From Thermoleophilia bacterium (lineage in GTDB: Bacteria; Actinomycetota; Thermoleophilia; UBA2241): a stretch of 64,000 nt of DNA. The position numbers were made by a program, and so were the translations under genes. A model generated the notes under the pieces. It was given only the letters and a program-made list of their open reading frames with translations. It was not told the origin of the DNA and made no database searches. Positions 11,214-21,797 of the stretch are shown piece by piece; positions within the stretch are counted from its first letter, which is position 1, and each line of letters opens with the position of its first letter. The stretch covers positions 2,761-66,760 of the forward strand of contig DASRZL010000098.1 of NCBI GenBank assembly GCA_035686425.1, given 5' to 3'.

Positions 11214-11371
11214 CCGACGGAGCGGGGCTATCGTGGGGTGCGCCGAAGGCGCAGCGCACAGCAGCCCTCGCGACGGTGCCGTAGCGGGCGCTGCGCGGAC
11301 GAGCTGGAGACCGGGTCGGATGTCGCGCACCGAGCTCAGCGCTCACTGACCGGCGTGTAGAGTAGGCGCCG

Positions 11372-12184
11372 ATGGCAGTCATCGTCGGCATCCTCCTCGT
11401 CGCCTTCCTGGCCGGCGTCTTCGGCAGCATGCTCGGCGTGGGTGGCGGTGTCATCATGGTTCCGGTCCTGAGCCTCGCGTTCGGCGTGCCCATCAAGACG
11501 GCCATCGCGACGAGCATCGTCTGCGTGATCGCCACCTCGTCGATGGCTCAGACGACCTTCGCCGCCCGTGGCATGACCAACATGCGCCTCGGTATGTTCC
11601 TCGAGGTCGCGACCACCGTCGGCGCGATCGCCGGCGGCGTGACCGCGGTGCTCGTCGACGGCCGCATCCTGCAGGGCTGCTTCGCCGCCGTGCTCTTCTA
11701 CGTGGCCTGGCAGATGAGCCGCCGGGGCGCCGACGTCCCACCGGTGGAGACGAGCGTGATGCCGTCGCGGTACTACGACCCCGCGGAGGGCCGTGAGATC
11801 AGCTACGGGGTCCACGGCCTGTTGCCGGGCTTCGTCCTGTCGCTCGCGGCCGGCAACGTGTCCGGCCTTCTCGGCGTCGGCGGCGGCGCGTTCAAGGTGC
11901 CGATCATGAGGCTGCTCATGGGCGTACCGCTCAAGGCGACGATCGCGACCAGCAACCTCATGATCGGGGTGACGGCCGCGACCGGCGCCGCGATCTTCTA
12001 CGGCCGCGGCTACATGGACCCGTACTGGGCCGTCCCGGCGGTCCTCGGCATCCTCGCCGGCGCGCTGGTCGGCCCGCGCCTGGCGATCCGTCTGCGGACC
12101 CGGATCCTCGTCATCCTCTTCGAGGCGGTGCTCGCCGTCTTCGGAGTGCTGATGCTGCTACAGGCGACAGGGGTGGAACTGTGA
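11372..12184 (+). CDS. TSUP / TauE-SafE family sulfite exporter-like membrane protein
   Basis: GSMLGVGGGVIMVP and SGLLGVGGGAFKVP repeats; ATSNLMIG. Confidence 0.9.
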   Translation: MAVIVGILLVAFLAGVFGSMLGVGGGVIMVPVLSLAFGVPIKTAIATSIVCVIATSSMAQTTFAARGMTNMRLGMFLEVATTVGAIAGGVTAVLVDGRILQGCFAAVLFYVAWQMSRRGADVPPVETSVMPSRYYDPAEGREISYGVHGLLPGFVLSLAAGNVSGLLGVGGGAFKVPIMRLLMGVPLKATIATSNLMIGVTAATGAAIFYGRGYMDPYWAVPAVLGILAGALVGPRLAIRLRTRILVILFEAVLAVFGVLMLLQATGVEL

Positions 12185-12603
12185 GCGCCGACCAGCGGCC
12201 AGACGGGCCGGGGACCGGCTCCCGCGGCGCTCCCGGCGCCGGCGGGGTGGACGCGCCCGCCCGGCACGTCATGGACCCCGTCGAGCGCACGGTGCGCAGG
12301 GTCCTCATCGCGGGGATCGCCGTCAGCGTGGCGCTCATGGCGATCGGTCTCGTCCTCGGCGCCCTCGACGGAGACGGCCTGCCCTCCGGCGTCGTGCCGC
12401 TCGCCCACCTGGCGTCGCGGCTGGGTGACGCCGACCCGGCCGCCTATCTCTCGCTGGGCCTGATCGTCCTCATCGCGACGCCGTTCGTGCGCGTCGCCGC
12501 GTCCGTCGTCGTGTTCGCGCTCGAGGGCGACCGACGCTACACGCTCATCACAGCGGTCGTGCTCGGGATCATGTGCGTGAGCGTCGTCCTCGGCAAGGCC
12601 TGA
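12181..12603 (+). CDS. DUF1634-like small membrane protein (usual TSUP partner)
   Basis: GTGA overlap with TSUP; motif LGLIVLIATPFVRV; 3 TM helices. Confidence 0.75.
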   Translation: MSADQRPDGPGTGSRGAPGAGGVDAPARHVMDPVERTVRRVLIAGIAVSVALMAIGLVLGALDGDGLPSGVVPLAHLASRLGDADPAAYLSLGLIVLIATPFVRVAASVVVFALEGDRRYTLITAVVLGIMCVSVVLGKA

Positions 12604-12654
12604 CGGGAAAGCCCGTCTCGAGTGCGGTGCGCCGGCGGGAAGTCCGGGCCGGCG

Positions 12655-13914
12655 CTACAGGGCGCAGGCGGGGCCGACGTCGAGGCCGCGAACGGCCGCT
12701 GCGGCGCGACGGCCTGAGACCATCGCCCCCTGGAGCGACGCCGTGTCGCGGTGATCGCCGCAGATGAAGAGGCCGCTTGCGAGGCGCACCGGTCGCTCGG
12801 GCTGGGCGAGCACCGCCGGCGGCTGCGCCGGGAGGGCGAAGGGGATGCGGAGCACGCGCAGCAGCCGCCATCCGTCCACCTGCGCGCCGAACCAGCCTCG
12901 GAGCTGGCCGCGGATGGCGCCGTCAAGCGCCTCGTCGGAGAGCGGCGGCACACCGAGCACGGTAGCCGAGACCAGCGCCGCACCAGGAGGCGCGTAACTC
13001 GGCGCGACGTCACTGGGCACGCAGAGGTCGTTGACCGGGCCGTGCCCGTCACCGTCGAGCACGAGGACCGGCTCGCCGACGGGCGAGCGCTCGGCTGCGT
13101 AGTGGACGTTGGTCACGGCCCGGGGCGCCGGCGCCTCGATGGCGCCGGTCAGCCTGGCTGCCTCCGGACCGTCCGCGGCCACGACCACGGCGGAGGCCGC
13201 GAGCCGTTCGCCCCCGGCGAGGACGACCTCTCCCGGCCCGGTGGACTCGACCGTCGCGCCGCAGCGAAAGGCCGCCTCCGGCAGGCTCGCGGCCAGCTGG
13301 CGCGGGATCGCCTGCATGCCGGCGACCGGCAGCGCGGCCTCACCCTCGCCGAAGAGCTTGAAGACGAAGGCGAAGAGGCGGCTCGACGTCTCCAGTGAGG
13401 GATCCAGGAAGATGCCACCGAGGAAGGGGCGGAAGAACGCGTCGACAAGCTCTTGCGAGAAGCCCTCGCGGCGCAGCGCCTCGGCAGTCGTGACCTGCGG
13501 CGCGGTCAGGATCTCGTTCAGGGAGAAGGGCGAGAGCCGGGACCGGAGGCGAGCGACGCGGATCTTGTCGAGGATGCTGCCGGGGGCGTCTCGGAGGCTC
13601 TCGAGCGCCCTGCGCGGGTGCCGGAACGGGTCGGCGATCCGCGCGAAGCGGTCCCCGCGACGGATCAGGGCGCCGCTCTCGAACGGGCGCAGACGCAGAC
13701 GCTCGTAGTCGAGCACGCGGCGCGCCTCTGGATACGCGGTGAGGAGCACCTGGAAGCCGCGGTCGAGCAGGAACCCGTCGACGACGTCGGTGCGTACGCG
13801 CCCGCCCGGCTCGTCGCCGCGTTCGAGGACGAGGACGTCGAGCCCGGCGGCATGAAGTTCACGGGCGCAGCAGAGACCGGCGAGGCCGGCGCCGACGACG
13901 ATGACGTCAGGCAT
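12655..13914 (-). CDS. NAD(P)/FAD-dependent oxidoreductase, amine-oxidase/protoporphyrinogen-oxidase-like
   Basis: VVGAGLAG Rossmann motif, GGRVRTD, DRGFQV and C-terminal CGDH...SLQGAMVSG. Start ATG 13914. Confidence 0.85.
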   Translation of the reverse strand: MPDVIVVGAGLAGLCCARELHAAGLDVLVLERGDEPGGRVRTDVVDGFLLDRGFQVLLTAYPEARRVLDYERLRLRPFESGALIRRGDRFARIADPFRHPRRALESLRDAPGSILDKIRVARLRSRLSPFSLNEILTAPQVTTAEALRREGFSQELVDAFFRPFLGGIFLDPSLETSSRLFAFVFKLFGEGEAALPVAGMQAIPRQLAASLPEAAFRCGATVESTGPGEVVLAGGERLAASAVVVAADGPEAARLTGAIEAPAPRAVTNVHYAAERSPVGEPVLVLDGDGHGPVNDLCVPSDVAPSYAPPGAALVSATVLGVPPLSDEALDGAIRGQLRGWFGAQVDGWRLLRVLRIPFALPAQPPAVLAQPERPVRLASGLFICGDHRDTASLQGAMVSGRRAAAAVRGLDVGPACAL

Positions 13915-14513
13915 CGGCGGCGCTCCCGCAGCAGTTCGCCGCGTCCCCGAACGGCGCGGTCCGCCGGCGCCCCATGTCGGCACCGGCGGCGCCGTGCGCC
14001 ACGCGAACCCAGCAGCCGCCGGGCCGGTGGGCGAGTGAGCTGCGCGTGCTCAGACACCAGCGCCACGCCGCCCGCTCCTCGACACTGAGACGACTGCGGG
14101 TCTGCTGCGGTCTGCTCAAGGACTTCCTCCACACTGGTTCGCTGGCAGTATACCCGGGTGGCGGGAGCCCCCGTTCATCCACGCGCAGGCGGCGCCGGGA
14201 ACCGACGACGGAGTCGTTCGAGCGGGAGGCGCGTTCCGGCGCCGCGCTCCTGCACGAGGTCGTGCAGCAGCTTGGCGGTGACCGTATCGGCGTCGGTCCG
14301 GAGGACCTCTCGCAGCGACAGGCCGAGGCCCGCGACGTGGGAGCGGCTGGGGTGCAGCAGTTCCGCGGGGCGCATCCGCGGGTCGAAGGGCACGGTTTGC
14401 TGCCGCGCCGGAACGCTGTGCGCCTTCTACGACGAAGTGCTCTCGTGGGGATCACTCCCGGCGGCCGTGATCGGGTGGGGCATGAGGCTGGGGCCTCCCC
14501 CGGCCGCCGCGGA

Positions 14514-15851
14514 TCAGATCCTGACCCGCTCGCGTTCTTCGGCGCCCCACAACACGACCGTGTCGCGGCCGTCGGCCTTGGCCCGGTAGAGCGCCTTGTC
14601 GGCGAGCTCCATGAGCTCGTCCAGCACGGTGGCGTCGCGCGGGCAGGTGGCGACCCCGACGCTGATCGTCACGTTGGCCTCGGGCGGGAGCCCGAGGCCC
14701 GTGTAGCGCGTGCCGCCGAGCGTGCGGCGGATGCGGTCGGCCACGAAGTACGCGGCATCGCCCGGCGTACTGGGCAGCAAGACGGCGAACTCCTCGCCGC
14801 CGTGCCGGGCGCAGATGTCGGGCTTGCGCAGCACGTCTTTCATCGCCCTCGCCACGGTCTGCAGGACGCGGTCGCCGGTCGCGTGCCCGTAGGTGTCGTT
14901 GAACTGCTTGAAGTGGTCGATGTCGACCATGAGCACGCTCAGCGGTTCCTGGTGCCGCAGGCTGCGCTCGATCTCCTCGCCGGCGCGGTTCATGAAGTAG
15001 CGCCGGTTGTACAGCCCCGTCAGGTGGTCGGTGACCACCTGACGGCGGATGGCGTCGTACTTGTGGGCGTTCGTGAGCGCGCTCTGGACGTGGTTCTGGA
15101 GAGCGCCCAGGATGTCGTCCGTCAGCAGTTCCGCATACTCGCCGCTGGTGGAGGTCGTGAGCAGCGCCATATCGCCGACGTTCTCCACCTTGACCGGGAT
15201 CACCATCTGATGGGTCATCGTGTGCGGGAACAGCGTGCAGACGTGGCCCTCGACGCGCGTCAGCTTCCCGGATGCGATGGCCTGGCGCACCGGGCAGTCG
15301 GGCGAGTACGCGCAGCACTCGGCCGAGAGCGTCGGCGTGATCACGCCCTGCTTACCCTCGAGCGAGAAGGCGCGTGCCTCCGAGTCCAGCAGCAGCAGCG
15401 CCCCGAAGTCCGCGTGCAGAAAGGTCCTGCTGCGCGAGAGCACGCGCTCGACCGTCTCAAGGTACGGCAAGGCCGCGTTCATCTCGCGCCCCAGCACGCC
15501 GACGTCCATGAGCTGGCGGTTCAGCGCCTGCACGCGCATGAGGTCGTCCTTGATGCTTTGCGCGACCCACTCCTTGTCCTTGGACGCCGTGAACACGGCG
15601 ATCAGGGTGCGGACGAGGTAGCCGAGCTCGCGCGCCTCGTCGCGGTAGAAGGGGTCGTTGCGCTCGTAGTCTCCGCTGAGCCGTGCGCGCGACCGGCGGA
15701 CAAGGGCGTTGATGGGGCGGAAGAGCAGCAGGTCGAACGCCACGGCGATGACGACGAAGAGGGCGACCAACACGGCGGCGATCTGCCAGGCCGACTGCGG
15801 GTCCACGACGTAGGCGAGCAGCACGAACGCCGCGGCGAGCGCCAGGGCCAC
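14514..15851 (-). CDS. Membrane-anchored GAF + GGDEF diguanylate cyclase (start uncertain, may extend upstream)
   Basis: DHLTGLYNRR, DIDHFKQFNDTYGH..GD, intact GGEEF, and RxxD I-site (RKPD) five residues upstream. Confidence 0.9.
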   Translation of the reverse strand: MALALAAAFVLLAYVVDPQSAWQIAAVLVALFVVIAVAFDLLLFRPINALVRRSRARLSGDYERNDPFYRDEARELGYLVRTLIAVFTASKDKEWVAQSIKDDLMRVQALNRQLMDVGVLGREMNAALPYLETVERVLSRSRTFLHADFGALLLLDSEARAFSLEGKQGVITPTLSAECCAYSPDCPVRQAIASGKLTRVEGHVCTLFPHTMTHQMVIPVKVENVGDMALLTTSTSGEYAELLTDDILGALQNHVQSALTNAHKYDAIRRQVVTDHLTGLYNRRYFMNRAGEEIERSLRHQEPLSVLMVDIDHFKQFNDTYGHATGDRVLQTVARAMKDVLRKPDICARHGGEEFAVLLPSTPGDAAYFVADRIRRTLGGTRYTGLGLPPEANVTISVGVATCPRDATVLDELMELADKALYRAKADGRDTVVLWGAEERERVRI

Positions 15852-16041
15852 GACCGCGGACGTCTTCAGTTCGAGGCTGACGCCTCTCTTGTGCCCGAGG
15901 CCGTCGCCTCGTCTCTGATCGTCGGGTGTGGCCGTAGTCGGCCTCGATTCGGGAGCCTGCCGTGCCAGTTCACGGTATCGGCAGATGCGTGCAGACCATG
16001 ATAGACGGACGCGCCGCGCGGGCTCGCCGGATCGGCGCCGC

Positions 16042-16230
16042 TCAGCCCCTGAAGCGGTTGAGGGTGCGCCTGTCGAGGGTCGGCCGGTGGATGGTGCGGC
16101 GTTCGCCGATGCGCCGGTCGCGCAGGTAGTACGGGCAGACGGCGCAGTAGCAGCTGCAGCTGAGGCGTGTGTCGACGTCGGCGACGCAGATCAACGGGGG
16201 CTGGGGGGTTGTGCTCGGCCTGTGCGTCAT
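16042..16230 (-). CDS. Small Cys-rich, Arg-rich hypothetical protein (CSCYCAVC; DRRIGERR..DRR)
   Basis: 62-aa ORF with GGTGA upstream, co-oriented between the receiver and the DGC. Confidence 0.5.
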   Translation of the reverse strand: MTHRPSTTPQPPLICVADVDTRLSCSCYCAVCPYYLRDRRIGERRTIHRPTLDRRTLNRFRG

Positions 16231-16319
16231 CTGATCACCACGTGCGTTCTACGCCGCTGAGATGCCGGCTCCTGCCCGTCGCCGGTCCCCGCGACGGGCC
16301 TGGCCTTGGGCCCGCGCCC

Positions 16320-16688
16320 CTATGTGCTCATGTAGCTTTCCACCACGGAAAGGATCTGGGCGATGCGAAACGGCTTCGTGATGTAGCCGTCGATGCCGAC
16401 GTCCGTGGCACGCTCCATGTCGGTCGCCATGGCCTTGGCCGAGAGGCCGACGATGACGATGTCCTTCGTCGTCGCGTCGGCCTTGAGCTCGGCCACCGCT
16501 TCGTAGCCGCTCAGGACCGGCATCATCATGTCCATGAGGATGAGGTCGGGGTGGTGCTGCCTCGCGAGGTCCACGGCCTCGCGCCCGTTCGTCGCCTTGT
16601 AGACCGTGTAGTCCTGGGTCTCCAGGGACATGGACACGATGCTCAGGATGTCTGGGTCGTCGTCGGCGACCAGGATGGCTCTTGTCAA
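16320..16688 (-). CDS. Single-domain response regulator receiver (CheY/DivK-like)
   Basis: ILVADDD, LMDMMMP (phospho-Asp), YITKPF. TTG start with GAGGAG SD. Confidence 0.92.
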   Translation of the reverse strand: MTRAILVADDDPDILSIVSMSLETQDYTVYKATNGREAVDLARQHHPDLILMDMMMPVLSGYEAVAELKADATTKDIVIVGLSAKAMATDMERATDVGIDGYITKPFRIAQILSVVESYMST

Positions 16689-16701
16689 CGTTTGCCCCTC
16701 C

Positions 16702-18540
<1,839 letters not shown>

Positions 18541-18663
18541 CTGGTCCGCCCGTCCTCCGAAACGCTGGTAGAGTATTCTATCCCGGACCCCCGGAATCCG
18601 CTCTCGAGCGTCCGGCCAGCCGGCCGCACATGGAGCCCGGTCGGTCGAAAGGAGGACCCCGTC

Positions 18664-20043
18664 ATGTCCGTCCCTCGTCTGGTCGTGTGCGGGCTCGAGC
18701 CCGGGCCCGCCGTCGCCCTCGCCTCCGGCGCGCTGCTCGCCGCGTTCGCGGACTATCGTGTCGTCCGCCCCATCCTCCTCGGCGTGGATCTGCCCTTGTG
18801 GCGCCTGCTCCACGGCGCGTCGGCGCGAGCGCCCAGGGTCCTCGATCCCAAGCTGATCGACGACGCGGTCGCCGGCGAGCTGTACGACTCGTGGGCGGCC
18901 GACACCGACCTCGCGATGCTGGTGGCCGTGGAGCCGGCGTTCGATCGCTGGCAAGGCGTGAAGGGCTCGCGCGCAGTCGACGTCGCCGTCGCGCTCGACG
19001 CCCCACTCGTGCTCGTCGTCGACGCCCGCGAGCGCGGGGCGACCGCGGCCGCGGCTGCGTGCGGCGCCAGGCTCCTGGCGGGGCGCGCCGAGTTCGCCGG
19101 CGTCGTGGTGATCGGCGGTGACGAGCACGGGCCGGCATCCGAGCTGCGGCACATCCTCGAGGAGACGGCCAAGCTACCCGTGCTCGGTTGGGTGCCGCCC
19201 CGGCTGAGCGAGCAGTTCGCGCGCCAGTACGGCGCGGGTCGGGAAGCGCTGCGCCAGATGGGTCCGCAGCTCGTCGAGGCCGGCGGAGCGACGCTCTGCC
19301 GCGAGGCCGGCGCCCACCTCGACCGCGAGGGGCTGGAGGCGGCGGCCGCGCGCCGCGGCTACCTGCCGGCGCGACCGCGTCGCCTTCTCGCGCCGCTGCC
19401 TGCGGCCGTCGGGCTGACGCTCGCCGTCGGCTGGGGTCCGCCGCTCGAGCCGTTCGCCCTCGAGGCTATGGACGTTCTCAAGGCGGCGGGCCTCACGCTC
19501 GCGCCGCTGCACATCGGGCGCGATCACGAGGTGCCGGCCGGGGTGAACGGTCTCCTGCTCGCCGGTCTTCTCGATGAGGAGGAGCTGCCGGCCTTCGCCG
19601 GCAACGACGCGCTCAGGGCGAGCATCGCCGATGCCGTGGCCGCCGGGCTTCCGACGCTCGCCTTCGGCGGCGGCGCCCTTCTGCTCCTCCGTCGGCTCGC
19701 CGACAGTCGCGGGCGCACGCACGAGCTCGCCGGCGTGCTGCCGGCCGAAGCCGAGCTCCTCGAGTGGTACGAGAGACCCCGGTACGTCCCCGCCGTGGCG
19801 GCGCGTGAGAACCCCTACGACGAGGGTGAGACCACACTGTACGAGCTCTTCGATCTCGAGTTCCTGACGCTTCAGCAGGAGGCGTTCGCGTACCGCGTCG
19901 GCGATGCCGGGGAGGAGGGGCAGGTCGAGGGCTTCGTGCACGGACGCTGCCTCGCTACCACGCTCGTGCCTTCCCTGCCGGCGGTGCCGGACCTGGCCGC
20001 CGGCTTCATCGCCGCGATGCGGTCGGCGGCCCCGGGCGAGTGA
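18664..20043 (+). CDS. CbiA/CobB (cobyrinate a,c-diamide synthase)-like protein with degenerate ATPase and glutaminase sites
   Basis: Scaffold matches the CbiA pattern (PRLVV.G, APLVLVVDAR, AGVV, PVLG..P, N..LRASI...G.P.LA.GG). The P-loop GKT and the glutaminase Cys are absent. GGAGG SD. Confidence 0.7.
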   Translation: MSVPRLVVCGLEPGPAVALASGALLAAFADYRVVRPILLGVDLPLWRLLHGASARAPRVLDPKLIDDAVAGELYDSWAADTDLAMLVAVEPAFDRWQGVKGSRAVDVAVALDAPLVLVVDARERGATAAAAACGARLLAGRAEFAGVVVIGGDEHGPASELRHILEETAKLPVLGWVPPRLSEQFARQYGAGREALRQMGPQLVEAGGATLCREAGAHLDREGLEAAAARRGYLPARPRRLLAPLPAAVGLTLAVGWGPPLEPFALEAMDVLKAAGLTLAPLHIGRDHEVPAGVNGLLLAGLLDEEELPAFAGNDALRASIADAVAAGLPTLAFGGGALLLLRRLADSRGRTHELAGVLPAEAELLEWYERPRYVPAVAARENPYDEGETTLYELFDLEFLTLQQEAFAYRVGDAGEEGQVEGFVHGRCLATTLVPSLPAVPDLAAGFIAAMRSAAPGE

Positions 20044-20098
20044 GCACGGCGGCCGTCGCCTGCGCCGCCTCCGGCGCCGAAGAGCAGGATCGGCTGCC

Positions 20099-21766
20099 GT
20101 GACCTTCTCCGCGCTCGAGGCATGGCTGCGTACGCGTCGCGGCCTGCTGGCGCTGTGGCTGGTCACGACCCTCGCCGTCACACTCGTCACGCTGCTGATG
20201 CAGTGGGGCGGCGTCCCCGGGTGGGACGACGCTGCCCACGCCTACAAGATCCTGCTGCTGCGCGACGGCGACTCTATCTTCTGGGACACCTACTGGTACG
20301 GCGGCGGCTACGGCGCCGTCACCTACGGGTTCATCTTCTACTGGATCGCGCAGTACGTCCCCGGCACGCTCATCGTCATCCTCGCCGCAGGGACGATCCC
20401 CGTGACGTTCTACGTCTACGTGCGTGACATCTGGGAGATCGACGACGTCTGGCCGGCCTGGGGCTTCGCCCTGGTCGTGGCGTTCTATCTGGCGCACGGC
20501 CAGGACCCCTTCCTGCTCGCCCTTGCGCTCACCATGGGCGGGCTCGCGCTTCTCGCCCTGCGGCATCCGCTCTGGGCAGCCCTGCCCGTGGCCATCGGGA
20601 TCTTCGCCAATCCGATGGGCCTCGTCGTCGCAGCGCCGTTCATGCTCACCGACTTCATCGTCCGGCCGGCGGCGCGGCGGCCGTACCTTCTGTTCGCCGC
20701 CGCCGTCGCGCCGGCGGTCATCGCCCGATTCCTGCTCGGGTGGGCGTTCTCGGAGCCGGGGTCCTACCTCAACGAGACGTCGCAGCTCATGGTCTTCCTG
20801 GGTTTCGCCCTCTTCGGGCTCGCTCTGGCCGGCGTGAACGCGGTCCACCCGCGCCGGCCCTTCCTTTTCCTGTTCCTGGTCTACGCCGTGATCTGCCTCA
20901 TCTCGTTCCTGACGCCCGGAAGTCAGCTCGGCAACAACATCGGCCGCTTCTTCATGGTCTTCGGACTGCCGCTTCTGCTCCTCCTGCGACACACGCGCCT
21001 GCGGCGGCCGTTTCCCCACGGGGAGCTCGCCATCATCCCTATCTTGCTCTTCGTCGTGCTGCAGTTCGGTACCGCGACCAGTCACTTCCTCAACGCGGTC
21101 GAGCGGCCCCAGACCACGCGCGCCTACTTCGCCCCGGCCCTGGACGCGGCCGCCGAGCTGTACGACCCGGACTACCGGGTCCACATCGTCGCCCTTCGCC
21201 GGCACTGGGAGGCGTTCTACTTCCCCGAAGCCGGCTACCCGATCACGCGCGGCTGGTATCGCCAGGCCGACGCGATCCACAACAGCTTCTTCTACACGCC
21301 CTACGACGCGGCGGACTACGTCCCTTGGCTGCAGAGCATGGGCGTGCAGTACATCTTCCTGCCGGCCGACGGACCACTCGACCCCTGGAGCCGGCGAGAG
21401 GCCAGGATCCTCGAGAGCTCGCCGGCCTTCGTCTTCGTGGAGCAGGCCGGCGCCTGGCGCATCTACCGGCTGCGGGATGCCCGGCCGCTGCTGGTCCCAC
21501 AGCCCGAAGTATCCGGCGCGGGCAGTGCGACGATCGGCGCCGTCGACCATGAGCGCATCGTCTTCACCGTGACCTCACCGGGCAGGTACTGGCTCAAGTT
21601 CACCTCGTCGCCGTACTGGGTGCTCGAGGGAGGTCCGGGGACGGTGCGACCTCGCCCGGACCGGTTCATGGACCTGGACCTCGGGCAGGCCGGCACCTAC
21701 GCGCTGCGCTTCGAGGTGACTCCCGCCAAGGCGCTCGACACCGCGGCGGCGAGGCTGGGCCTGTAG
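20099..21766 (+). CDS. Polytopic membrane protein, GT-C-like glycosyltransferase architecture
   Basis: First TM followed by a loop with WDDAAH acidic motif, many TMs and a C-terminal soluble domain. GTG start inferred. Confidence 0.6.
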   Translation: MTFSALEAWLRTRRGLLALWLVTTLAVTLVTLLMQWGGVPGWDDAAHAYKILLLRDGDSIFWDTYWYGGGYGAVTYGFIFYWIAQYVPGTLIVILAAGTIPVTFYVYVRDIWEIDDVWPAWGFALVVAFYLAHGQDPFLLALALTMGGLALLALRHPLWAALPVAIGIFANPMGLVVAAPFMLTDFIVRPAARRPYLLFAAAVAPAVIARFLLGWAFSEPGSYLNETSQLMVFLGFALFGLALAGVNAVHPRRPFLFLFLVYAVICLISFLTPGSQLGNNIGRFFMVFGLPLLLLLRHTRLRRPFPHGELAIIPILLFVVLQFGTATSHFLNAVERPQTTRAYFAPALDAAAELYDPDYRVHIVALRRHWEAFYFPEAGYPITRGWYRQADAIHNSFFYTPYDAADYVPWLQSMGVQYIFLPADGPLDPWSRREARILESSPAFVFVEQAGAWRIYRLRDARPLLVPQPEVSGAGSATIGAVDHERIVFTVTSPGRYWLKFTSSPYWVLEGGPGTVRPRPDRFMDLDLGQAGTYALRFEVTPAKALDTAAARLGL

Positions 21767-21797
21767 CGTTCGGACAGCGCGCGGGTAGAATGCGGCC

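Noticed and set aside
18664-20043. Annotating the CbiA-like ORF as a functional cobalamin biosynthesis enzyme
   Set aside because: The ATP-binding and glutaminase residues are missing and there is no cob/cbi context.
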